DNA of 64,000 bases, taken from Takakia lepidozioides (lineage: Eukaryota; Plantae; Bryophyta). The DNA is taken from positions 72,168,001-72,232,000 of the forward strand of contig CM060732.1 of NCBI GenBank assembly GCA_030704615.1. The letters are read 5' to 3'. Positions 12,902-24,677 of the stretch are shown here, piece after piece. How positions within the stretch are numbered: the stretch's first letter is position 1; every line of letters starts with the position of its first letter. The position numbers and the translations under genes are program-made. A model generated the notes under the pieces. That model was not told where the DNA came from. It saw only the letters and a program-made list of their open reading frames with translations, and did no database searches.

Positions 12902-13780
12902 GCTCCCAGGCTTGTACACGCATTGCAAATACAAACAAATGTGATGCGGTTGGGCTTCAACCCTTCGCACAACATTTGCTCATAGGTCTCCAAAACATTC
13001 CTACCAACCCATGCTTGGTAAATCCTGCCAACATTATTTCCACATGATCAAAGATCGTTGAGGGATTATATTGAACACTTGGTGAGCATAGATGTACACC
13101 AAGGGAATGTTCAGAATGACATCTGGTACAATTCCAACTTCGATAATGTCACCATGAACCTCTTTGACCATTCCCAGGGCTGCTAAGCTCGCATATGCAT
13201 ATTATAAACACAAATGAACATGACCCGGTCTGCCTTCATCCCTTCCCACATCATTTGCTCTTAGGTTTCCAAAGCCTTAATCCCATACCCATGCTGCACA
13301 TACCTTGCAATCATGGCATTCCAAAACACCACATCTCGTTCAGCCATATTGTCGAACTCCCCCTTTGCATCAGGCTTGCTGCACCCACATTTGGCATACA
13401 TGTCCACCAGGGCAGTGTTCATAATGACATCTGGTACAAATTCAGCTTTGATGATGTCACCATGAACCTCTTTCCCCTTTCCTAGAGCTCCCAGGCTTAC
13501 ACACACATTGCAAACACAAACAAATGTAAAGTGGTTGGGCTTCTCCCTTTCGCACATCATTTGGTCATAGTTCTCAAAAGCCTCCATCCACGCTGTAACT
13601 GTGCATATCATGCAATCATCGCACTCCATGACACCCACATCTTGTTCAGGCATACTGTCAAACACTCCCTTCATACATGTCCACGAGGGTATTGTTAAGA
13701 ATGACATGTGGTATAATTGCAGCTCTGACAATGTCGCCATGGACCTCTTTGCCCTTCTCCAGAGCTGCCAGGCTTGCACA
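12902..13780 (-). pseudogene. PLS-class PPR gene fragments (about 3 degenerate triplets)
   Basis: ORFs 13261-13779 and 12799-12993: GKEVHGDIIKAEFVPDVIMNTALVDMYAKCG..FDNMAERDVVFWNAMIARYVQHGYG; frameshifts and deletions. Confidence 0.9.
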
Positions 13781-14789
13781 CACTACAAACTATCAAAGGT
13801 TCACTCAACCAGTAACTTACAGAAATTCAACCTGAAAATTTTTGGAACCCACAGGCTGCCAGCAGATGTAACAATCTCCTTAGTTCTTTCATGGGGGTTT
13901 TTTGTTATTCTACTTTAGGGCCGACTTTGATAAGAGGGGAAAATAGGGTGAAATGTGTTGAAGAAGGTTGCCTTCATTAGCAGTGCCTAATTTCAATTGT
14001 GTCGCTGCTGCTGCGGCTTCCAGTTCACCATCTACCCATGCAGGTTTCTTGTAGCAATGGATCCACAGGGAATCATAGGTAATCTTGTGCTTGAAATCCG
14101 GCCCTCTTCCAGCAAACACCCCAACCCTAATGATGAGAGGGCAAAATAGACTGAAACAGGTTGAAGAAAAGGTGCCCTCACCAATTTAGGGCCGATTCTG
14201 ATAAGAAGAGAAAACAGGGTGAAATGTGTTGAAGAAGGTGCCTTGAGTAGCAGTGCCAGATTTTATCAATTGTGCCGCTGCTGCGATTTCCACAACTGAA
14301 CTGGCAGAGATTGAAACGCAGTTTGCTAAGACCAAGCTGACTCTCCCAAGAACCTTGTAAACATTAGGAAGAATACCAAATCATAACAAGAGCCAAGAGC
14401 ACACATTTGCAGGATGGACTAACTTAGAACTTTACATGGTACATTAAGAAAATGCCACACCTTGTGATTGCGGTTGTCCCACCATCGTGAAGAAATTCAG
14501 GGCCGAGTCTGATGAGAGGTCAAAACAGGCTGAAATAGGTCGAAGAAGAAGGTGCCTCACCACATTGTCCTCGACCTTGTGTCATGACCCATGGAGGATT
14601 TGACTGACCATGAACACAATAGGACACAATAGTCACGTAGTCATTTCAACGACTACGTGAAGCCCCATTTGATCCAAAAATACAGGGAAGTCATGGTCAA
14701 AGTTAGAAAAACCATGACTACCACGGCTCGATATACCACGATCTGTTGTAGTGGAACTTCCACTGCCTAGTGGAGGTTAACAAAATGGA

Positions 14790-17700
14790 AACATTCAGAC
14801 ACAGGTTAAACACGCTATTCCGACAACATAAAAAATACGAGTTAAATCCGGCAAACTGAAAACACAGACAATTCCAAGATGCAGAATCCACTTACAAGCA
14901 GAACGTATATCATTGCCAGTCCTCCGAAAATGTTCACACAAGACATTCCATCCTTGCCAAAAAAAAAAAAACCAGGTAATCGTAGGTGTCCGCCCTCAGC
15001 TCATGAGTGTAAGTCCTGCACTCCTTCTCCTGCGAGGTCAGGTCTACATCTGGTCCTTGGATAACGGGATTAATTGGGTCCGGCGTTAACAAAACAGTTT
15101 GAATGTGATCGTCCGGATTCACCATCTCCTCATCTGTTGCCGGAAATACGTAGTCGAGGCAGAGGACCGTCCGGGAGAAAATAGTCGTGCAGCTCTTGTA
15201 AGGTGATTCAAACTCGCCGGGAATGTAATAACCCTGTAGGATAATAAACGATTTTGATCCAGGACCATTCCGGATGTATGACACAAGATTTCCCGATGAT
15301 TCTTGTGTCGAGAAAAACACAAATGCACTGGACATTAGCTTCTAAGCCACAAAAGCATCCAGGGTATTGGAGTAGTCTTTTGCCTCAAAGACAACAGAGT
15401 CATCATCACAAATTGTATTGACGAACACCATCGATATGTCGTCGAACCGTTTCTTCGGTGCAAGTCCCAACCGTGATCTGGCATCAGCAAATTTCTGGTT
15501 TCCCCCCAGCTGTGTGTAATCGGACCTGAAGCTCGTGCGTAGAATCGCCAGGGCATTCTGGTTATCCTCGAAGGTCTGCTTGCACGACAAGACATACTTC
15601 TTTAAGGCAGCTGTCATTGGCTGCGTCTCCATATTCATCTTCTGTTTGCTTACAATGTAGTCGTTCCCGAGCCGATCTCGAAAAATTCAAACTCAGCTTT
15701 GTTGAAGTTGTATTTTTTTTGTCACATCACGCCACTCCTGTTTGGTATACGGTTCCGGGTTCTGTTTGCTCCTCCGAGGCCACCCTAAGACTTCCATTAC
15801 ATTGTCGATAATAAACCATCGCAATTTCATTTGGTCAATATACTCGCTCATTGTGTTTTCGGATTTGTCCACGCCCTTGAATTTCGTTCCCCGAATGCAA
15901 ATGTCTCTGTTTAGAATTTTCTCCGCCACTCTTTTCAACTGCCTGCTATTAAGTCCTTGCAGTTTCGCGATAGCAGTTTTATTCAGCGGTAGCTGTTCAC
16001 CTTTGCACTGAATCTCGAAAATATCAATAAGCTTCCCTTGATCCCACTGTTTGAAAACCTCCTCCCACAGGTTCCATACGTGTTCGTCACAAAGAACCAG
16101 AACCATGGCCTCCTTCATGCTACTCATCTCCAATATGAGTTGACATGCTTGCATAAATTCTTGCGAAAATAATCAGGGCCAAAGTTCGACATTTCATTCG
16201 ATATTCGATATTAATTTTTGAGATGAAACAATAGTCACAACTATCATGTCAATTATAATATACTCCATGTAATGATTCGATTACCAATTCATCTCCGTCC
16301 ATCTTGTTGTGCCTTGTAATTTGAAGCTCTTTTTGTAGTGTCTCCTGCTTCGAAATGCGGTGCTCCTCCAAGTCAAATTTGTCCAATCTGTTCATGTTCG
16401 CCACCAGGAACAGTTCCAAGAGTGTATATAGAAAATCCTTGAAAAACCCAATGAGCATGAAAAGTTTTGGAAGCGTTCTCCGTAACATCACGTTTTCATG
16501 ATCATATGATGTTTCAAGTATTTTTGCGGCACAATTGCGGAACTGTTACAGGTGGAGAACATAAATAGATTGGGAAAATAAGAGCTGGACAAGCACCTCA
16601 TTACCAAACAAGACACATTACAAAAGACCCAATCATGTCGAATTTCCGAATGCTGAACCATCTTGCTCGTTCATTGTAGCACCCTCCCTTATGAAGCTAT
16701 GTTTGTAGTGTCTCATGCTTTGTAATGCGGTCTCTGTTTGTCCCATTAAATCCGAGCTTGAAAATATTTTGGTTCTCTAGCAAAAGGAACACAAAACTCA
16801 ATGAATCATTTACCTTCCATTGTCTAGTCTCCGACTTTGTTGTGTGATCGTTGTACTTTTTCGGCCTCCCCCTCAGCTCGAAGAAATTTCGGGCATGTGT
16901 AACTTTCTCGGGAAATGTTGTGTCAAATTTTTGCGCCTTATTCGGGTCGTTTAGGAGCTTAGATAGCTTCACGAGCCTCATCAAATCCTTTGACCATATA
17001 ATCTTTGAGGGCCAGTCAGTGTAGTACTTCTTAAGATTGTCGTCGTTCACGTCTTGCACAAGTTCCTGCGAAAGAATTGAATAAGGTCAGAAATGATATC
17101 GACCTAACAAACATGTTGTTTAAAGTTCATGAACCTCCACCTGACGAAGAATCTGGAATTTTCCACCTCCTTCCAGTTTCGAGGTTTCGAATTAGAAACC
17201 TCCATAGGCTTCTCGGGGTTTACGGGAATCAAATAAACTGGATGTTTGGAGTCGAACACCCGCAGCTGGTAAAGACGCGCTTTGACTTCGTCTTTGTGCT
17301 TCACATTTAGGGGCCTGTACACCATATCCGTGGGAGCAAGCTCCATCATGGCAACTTTGACGTCCTGAGTCGCCTCAAACCCAAAAAGAAACATGTCCTT
17401 GTAGTCTTGCTCCAGCCTCTCCAACATCTTCTCACACTTCTCTTTGTCGAATATGTCTGCAGCCCTGGGTTTCTTGTTATCTGTCATAAACGCGGGATCC
17501 ATCTCCTCTTTTTGTTTCTTCTTTCTCCCTGATGTCCCGGCTTCATTCTCATCACCACCGGCGTCAATGGATTTTCGTTTTCCCTTCTTTGGCCTCCCTC
17601 TTGAAGCCTCCTCCTCCCGGGTCTTTGCAATCTCCTTACTCTTTAGGTAAAGCACTTCCAAGAAAATACCCCAAGCCATGCAAATTCCTTCATCTGTAAA

Positions 17701-18135
17701 TTGAGTACCCTCGTCGCAATATGTGAACCCCGCCCTCATGGACTCTCTCATCATGGCCTTCCTTAGAATTCGTACCTCCAGTTTGAAGCCAAACATTCTG
17801 GGAAATCTACCATCTTCCATCATGAACATTACCAGCATCGGAAATTCCACCTCCATCTCCAGCTCTACGTCGACCACATCTGCATATTTGAGCTTGGCGA
17901 CCTTTGCACCAATCTTGTATTGGAACTGGAACTTATGGTCCGGAGGTGTGCCAACGGGTACAATGCCCCATTCTGTGATCTCCGGGTTGAGCTCAAAAAT
18001 TGCCAGGTGATCATTCTTGAAATTCGGAGATTTTCGGGAAACAAAAGAACCACAAATAGGTTTGCACATTCCAACAATACAATCCCTGGGGGTGATGTTG
18101 CTGTGCACAGAACAAACACCTCTGTCGTCAGACAC
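14790..18135 (-). pseudogene. Large multi-exon cargo gene: putative ParB/Srx-like region plus degenerate C-terminal methyltransferase-like fold
   Basis: Same-strand ORF chain 17104-18135, 16697-17059, 15693-16154, 15342-15638, 14934-15335 with GT-AG sites (acceptor ~17066, donors ~16813 and ~14896). Contains YRPLNVKHKDEVKARL..PVYLIP, and at the C-terminus ELRADTYDYL..FGKDGMSCVNIFGG (resembles MTase motif X-I). Domain calls are by resemblance only. Confidence 0.5.
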
Positions 18136-18423
18136 ATATCATAACAACCATACAAAACTCCCAGGATAGTAACCTCCACTGTCCAGTGGAGGTTCACCAC
18201 TTCACATGCTCATAGCTGACAGATAAAATAATCCAATTCAGGAGAAAAAAAAGATAGCACTCATAAGAAGAAAAAAACATTTATTCAGAGAAGGCTCGTC
18301 TCGCCATTCAATACATCATGCGGTCTCAAAATTGTTCGAATAACGAATACCCAATATCTACAAGAACTCGATATTCTTTTTTAAGATGAGGTTCATCTTT
18401 TCATTTTCTTATATCTACAATAA

Positions 18424-19019
18424 CTACAGGAGGCTCTCTCGAATCATCCTCAAGGTTTCAGGGGAGTACTCTCTAGGGGTATATGTCGGAGAATCTCCAG
18501 AGATGTAATCTGGAGAATGTCCATGGACGTACTGAGGAGAAGGGACATATTCTGGAGAATCAGCGGAGACATATTCTGGAGAATTTACAAGGACAGATAC
18601 TGCATACTGAGGAGGGTGAGGACTATATCCGGGAGTGGACGGAAGGACGGATCCCGGGTACTGTTCACTATCTCCTACAGAAATGTCATTATCTGAATCA
18701 GACTGAAGATTGCACTCATCACTTTCATCTTTCTCTTCCTCTGTTTCTTCCGCTGTCTCCCGTCGAATAAGTCCCTCGAACATTGATTCGTCAGTGCACA
18801 GAGTTATGAAGGTTTGCACGTCAGAGCCCACATCTGATATTTCATTCTCAAATCTCTTCTAGAAGGTTTTTGTTTTCGATACAACTAGTGATGCGTCTTG
18901 GTTTTCTGCTTCGTTGATGTTTACTGGATTCTGTCTCCTTGGCCTCTTACAGATGTCGACGACGATCTCAGAACCATCTTTGGCCACCGTGTGCACTCCT
19001 ACGCCCCTTCTTTTTATAC
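18424..19019 (-). pseudogene. Cargo ORF with acidic tract and SPxY/YSP repeats
   Basis: ORF 18424-18831 extends upstream through one TAG (~18859) to an acceptor at ~19019 (GVHTVAKDGSEIVVDICKRPRR). C-terminus GYSPHPPQY..SPEYVSADSPEYVPSPQYVHGHSPDYISGDSPTYTPREYSPE. Confidence 0.55.
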
Positions 19020-19533
19020 TGACAGAACAAAAAATCAACGCAAGGGAGGCATCGACATAAGTCTATCTCAATACATCCTTATGTTGTGCCTTGGCATAGT
19101 AACACGTAGGAACCTCCACTGGGCAGGCGAGGTTCGTGTGGTTTGTCCTGCCGGAGTTTATGGAGGTCTACTAGAGGTCTAGTGGTCTACGGAGACTAGT
19201 CTACTAGAGTAGCCTAGGCCTGAAGAAAAACCCGTTTTCAAATGTCGGAAATTCGGAAAAACAATCGCGAAAAACCATGATCCTAACCCGCCATAACCCT
19301 AATCCATAACCTAATAATCCAGCGCCGCATTCTCGGCCGAGTGTCATAGCTGCATGAATTCATGAAACGCTTGTCATCGGCGTCAGGCCTTCATCCACTT
19401 GGACAACATTGAATGCGAAATACGTACTGCTTCATAAGCACGAGTGCGAAACCATTGAACCACCATTATCGTTCTGGCATTATGATTGTTACATAGGGAT
19501 CTACCAGTAAAGGACATTTTTTTCCGAAATCGG

Positions 19534-19845
19534 TCAAAGAGTACACTCCTGCACCATCCAGAACCGTTCGATTGTGGCCATATCGGATATCAACGGGCGA
19601 CGGAAATCGATCCGCGAGACAATGTATCGCACTATCCCATTGGAGGAGTTCCAGCGGGCAACCTGGTTTCCACCTCTATATAAGTCTGAGTGCAAACTGT
19701 TCAAACTTCTATCTCCAAACCTCTCACTTGCAGATTGTGTTTCCCGCACCTCTCTGATCATCTCCCACCTCACTTCCCAGAGTGCACCTCTCTGAGCATC
19801 CTGTACCTCTGTGGCCATCGCAGGTGTACCTCTCTGAACTTCCAT
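19534..19845 (-). CDS. Small hypothetical cargo ORF (possibly an upstream exon of the 18.4-19.0 kb gene)
   Basis: 103-aa ATG-initiated ORF between palindrome copies; no recognisable motif. Confidence 0.25.
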   Translation of the reverse strand: MEVQRGTPAMATEVQDAQRGALWEVRWEMIREVRETQSASERFGDRSLNSLHSDLYRGGNQVARWNSSNGIVRYIVSRIDFRRPLISDMATIERFWMVQECTL

Positions 19846-20375
19846 AATCTCTCATGTGAACTGCATTTTTTCTCCTGTACAAAATGTTATGACATCTGTG
19901 TGTTTTCGGTACTCTACAGGAAAATCTACTTATTTCTCATCTGCATGTTTAGAAGTTACAGTCCAATACTCTTCAATTTCTATATTTCGTCATACCTCAA
20001 GTTGTGGACCTCCACTGGATAGTCGAGTCAATGCTCACATTCATCCGTCATTACCATTATTCATCCACGTAACCATGTTCATCCACTAGTATTCATCCGT
20101 CCGACTTTTTTCATTATTATCTCATCCAACCTCCACTGTACAGTGGAGGTTATATAATTAGACACAATCTTCATATGACATGTTCCAGACCAAACAGTAA
20201 TTCCATTTCTATTCTATTCTCTGAAACGTTCATACGCGAGTGTATTTCCTTTTATTGTATTGATTCATCTCTGAATATAGTCTTAACTCATACTACTTAT
20301 GACTGTAAGTAAGGTCGTCACGAAGGGGTTTTCAGTTTCTTGAACCTCGCGTGTGGAGTGGAGGTTCAGGTGATC

Positions 20376-23300
20376 ATGAGCTTAGAGACGGGTCAAAGAG
20401 TGTTTCTTACTCTTCCCGGGTCTTCATCTCCAGTAGCCACTGGGGACTGCCTTAATGTCTCCGGGGTTGGGACCTGTCATGGACACCAATTATCTTCCTC
20501 AACCATTTCAGTGGTTCTCATCTCCTGTGATGAAGCACACTCATTATGTCCTCTTCCTTATGGACATATGGATGCTGACACCTTGAAAAGAGGCAATTGG
20601 GACACCGGTGGTGTGGAAGGTTGGCGAAGTTCATGCAGGGAATAACGAGTATCAAGGAGGGCCTGACATGAATCCTGATTTTATGCCGGAGACAAGGGAT
20701 ACTGCCGAGAATTCTGACGTCGACGAGGATGAATCAAACCACAGACCATCGAAGAGTTCCGGGAATCCGAGAGGAGGACTCGGAAGAAACAACTGGAGAA
20801 ACTTGCAGTGCGTACTGTTGGGTGATGATGGGGGTACACTGTTCGAGGGGAGGATTCAAGCCTGCATTCCGGACGAGGTGATCCTCAATGACAAACTGGG
20901 AGAGGACGATGTTGGAGTTCTTGTCACCAGAATACTTTTTGGAGGTTCTGGATCTTTGATGTCTCTTGTAAAATGGCCTTTAACAAAAACACGACTTTTG
21001 GAAGGTGGGAGACTACTCTCAAATGATGTGGAGAATTTTATTAGATCCTCCGACAGCATATTGTACGAAGATCACGAGGCAAGTGTGAAGAAAACGGCAT
21101 ATAGGCATTTTACGAGGAAGAAGATGGATTGAGATTTGGATCACTCCAAAAAAAGAATGAAGAATCTTACTCTGGAGGAAATCCGGTCCGTGAGCAGCAA
21201 ACCTTGCTGCAGACTTCACTGCTGTCAATATTTTTGTCGCGGCCCTTTGCCTTGAGGGCAGGGGGTCGGGACACATGAGGGGCTGCCCCTGTGGTGGGGG
21301 CAGCGGCAGCGATAGGTATTGGGGGGCTGAAGCACCCTTGAGTGCCCAAGGCACTCAAGGAGGCGGAGGCGCTCACTAGGTGGAGCCCCGCACACCGGGT
21401 TGCGGTGGGGGTGGCTCCACAAGGGGTGGTGGTAGCTTAGTGGGACTTAGTGGGGGTGGCATAGGACTCACCATGGGGGCGGAGGCCTCGTGGTGGGAGT
21501 CGTGGGGAGTCTTGGGACTCATCACGGTCCATAGGGGCCGTGGTGAGCGGGCCAAGACTCACCGCGACTCATCACCGGGAGTCGAGGGTTTTCGTGGTGG
21601 TTCGCCATAAAATGGCATGGCTGGTTGTGGAACCCCCGTGGACAGCTACAGAAGTATATATAGGGAGTAGTAACCCCGAGAACAGTGCAAGCCCGTTGGT
21701 GACCAAAAACTAGTGAGTAAGCGAGCGAGCCGGAAAGCGACCAAAGAGTGGGGAGCTGTTCCGGACTGCCATCTACCAAAGGGAATTCTCCTAGTCCCAA
21801 TTAGGTGGAGGGTTTAGAGGGAAGCGAAGGGGGGACCGTTATGTCCCGGTGAGCAGCCGAAGCTCCAAGTTGGCCCGGGCGGCCAGGTTGGGAGTCAGGC
21901 GCGCGCATCAAAGCGAGTAACTATGACTTGAAGGGGAGCTTACAGAAGTGAGGTGTGCGACAATTTTGCTTGGCGAAAAACCTTGGCTATCCGTACGTCG
22001 TTTTGGGGATCCACTTTCGATGAGAGGAGAGAACACGGACTAAATGTTTCAAAACGACTTCACATGCTGGAAGGGACCTCTCGCAGGGCATACGTTACGA
22101 TTGGGGGTGTGGATGTTTGTGAGATTGCTTGGTGGAAAATTCCTGGAATCGGCAGGTCCACATACATGGAGTACAAAAAGTTGAGTAAACAAGATTGATT
22201 GTCAAGTCTCCATGGGAACCGTGGAGTGAAGAGGCCACGCCCAAGGACGCTTCAGACAGAGGGTAACATTATGTCCATTATCAACGGAAATACTGACCTC
22301 ATGCCCCATAAGACAAGATGCATTGGGGAGGGAAGGATGGATACTTTGAGAGTCTTACCACCTGAAATGAACTGGAAGCGAATATGAGACGAGTCCAACA
22401 AGGTATGAAATCTCCATTCTTCAATTTCTTTCCTGGAAGTCTTTTCTAATTCAATTTGGATGATCCTCCCTTCGATTTTGTCTCTTTCGACTGTGGTTGT
22501 AGCTTCATGAACCTCCACTGTCCAGTGGACGTTCTTTTCCTGACCATGCCTTATTGTAACAGTCCAACAGACTATTCGGGTTGGAAGGAGTCTCGCAATC
22601 GGCTGTTAGCCACATCCGGAGTCCGATATTTCCTAACGTGGAGGTTCGTAAAACTGGGAGTACATTTGCGAAGTGCACGGAGTGTGAGATGTTAAAGGAC
22701 CTGATCAGAAAGTTTCTAAAGAGAAGTGCGGAATAGGTGACACACAAACGAGCTCTTGATAAACATTTGAGGCACCAAGAGTCGTGTAGAAGACTGTACC
22801 ATAGCTGGAGGAATGAGTCTGTTATGATTCCGGAGGAGTTTCTCTGTGTTATTCATGACAAAAATGGATCATAGGAAAACAGCTATTCCAAGGCTACAGA
22901 CTCCAAACAAGATGATTTCTGGATTGGGTCAGCTTCCAGTTTCACTAACGGGAATGGTCACGCACGGACACGGTGATGGAGCTTACAAACAGTACTCTCT
23001 TGAGTTCTGGAAGGGAAATTCAAACTTTACAATTGGTTCTTTGGCCCGTTGCCTGCGTCAGCTGGAGAAGCCAACCTGTCGCGATGCACCTTCCTGAATA
23101 GTTTGTAGACAAACCATCTTCCATTGATAGACTCTTGCAAGCTAAAGCAAAGAAATAAAACATTTTCGATTGCCGACTTCAAAACGAGTTTTTCGAATCA
23201 CGGAAGAGAGGTAAATCGAGATGTTTGGATGCTCTGAAACTCTGCAGGCCGGAAGACAAACGTGGTGCTCGTCCACTTCTGAAAAGACTGTACTTGCAAA

Positions 23301-24589
23301 TGGATAACTCCGCGAAGGACAATAAGAACAGATAGATGCTTGTTTTTCTATCCCTCCTGACCGCCAAAGATGTTTTTGAAGAAATCCAACTAGGGTTCCT
23401 AATGGTCGGACACACCCATGAGGACATCGATGGGTTCTTCAGCTACCTTTCGAAGAAGCTAAAGGAACGAAACACCTACATTCTTTCGGATTTGATGAGG
23501 TCTTTTATGACCTCGCAAGATCTGCAGTTCATTCCACAGATTATTCAGGAGGTTCCCGACTTCAAGAATTTTGTCAAGGGCTGTATTCTGGATGGAAAGG
23601 AGGCGTTGGTCGGGATTTCGGAGATGCATGTCTTCCGTTTTTTTAAGGATGCCGAGGGCTGGCCCGTCATGAAGTACAAGAAGTCCGCTACTGATTCGGA
23701 TTGGCTTCCAACAAACAATAGCGTGAAGATGTGGAAGTCCAATCCTGACGGGACTCCCAAGCTCCATGAAGGAGACCCAGACGCCGTGCCAAGGAGACCT
23801 ATCTGGGGAGTCGGGGACGACTCCTCCGAAAAACAGTCATTCATTAAGAATGGAATAAAAAAATACAGGGATTTTTGGACGAAAGGAATGATGCTTGACG
23901 ATCATTACAGAGGTCGAATGGAACAATACGACCAGTACTGGGGAAACATTCTCGCCGAGCTGGATAAACCAATTCCAAAATCTCCCGAGCGTATTCAGCT
24001 TCTTGAGGGATTCTGGCCGAAAACAAATTGGTCCAAGAATCATCACAGAGATGGAATTCATCCACATGTAGTGCCAGATGTGGAAGAAGAGGATGAAATC
24101 CTAGAACCTTACTGTGGCCCGAGGTGTGAGCGACCAAGAATATCCCTGAATCCGTTCAAGGAGAAAGGGTTCTTTGTGCTCGTTCACCCTCATGACCCAA
24201 GTACGTGCCCGGTCTGGATGGGGGTGGCAATATCTGACGTGATCCGCGAAAGGGAGGATCCTAATTTTAAGAAGGTGAAGGTGGAGTGGTGGAGACCGAG
24301 AAAAGGTGGTAACCCAACAGACTTGGAAAGGTACAGGGACTGTTGGTCAAAACTTTGGGAGTATAACTCGACAGATCCTCCTCAATGGATCCACGTGAAC
24401 AATGTTGTGTGGACAATGCCTCCACGGAAAAATACGACAAGGAATAGCATTAAGAGAATTACTGCCGCCGAAGCAGTGAAGGCGCGCGCTAATTTGGAGG
24501 AGGCTAATCGTCAGTCAGAAAGCGAGTCGTGCGAGCGAGTTCTAGACCAAGGACATATTGTTGAGGTCAACTCCAGTACTTCGATTTAA
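20376..24589 (+). pseudogene. Sola-like (DUF7869) DDD/RNase H-fold transposase, disrupted by a solo LTR, stops and frameshifts
   Basis: N-terminal Tnp1/En-Spm-like repeats (VATG..CHGHQL..LPYG..TL-K-EAIGTPVVW after a frameshift), then CCRLHCCQYF|AWRKTLAIRTSFW (rejoined across the LTR), IHDKMD, HGHG, LYLQMDNSAKDNKN and FLMVGHTHEDIDGFFS. Intron donor AAG|GTATGA at ~22403. Confidence 0.8.
21235..21962. mobile_element. Solo LTR (728 bp) inserted in the transposase
   Basis: TGTCGC..GCGACA termini, 5-bp TSD ATTTT (21230-21234, 21963-21967), internal TATATATA at ~21655. Removing it restores the transposase frame. Confidence 0.92.
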
Positions 24590-24677
24590 GAAATAATTTT
24601 TTTCTTCTCTATATGGCCCTTCTTGTTTGCGTTGGGGGATCATTTTTGCAATCTTCTTATGTCGCACTAAACCTATA

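Larger units (their letters stand above)
11644..14753. mobile_element. Pack-CACTA-like composite carrying PPR fragments, inserted into the large element
   Basis: Right end GATCTGTTGTAGTG (14740-14753, reverse complement CACTACAACAGATC) with subterminal CCATGACTA/TCACGTAGTC repeats at 14580-14730. Left end CACCACAACAAATC at 11644 (2 mismatches), plus an internal CACTACAACAGA at 12888. The 3-bp TSD does not match. Confidence 0.6.

Noticed and set aside
13781-13800. CACTACAAA as another CACTA terminus
   Set aside because: It is a variant of the duplicated block starting CACTCCAAACTATCAAA at 12394.
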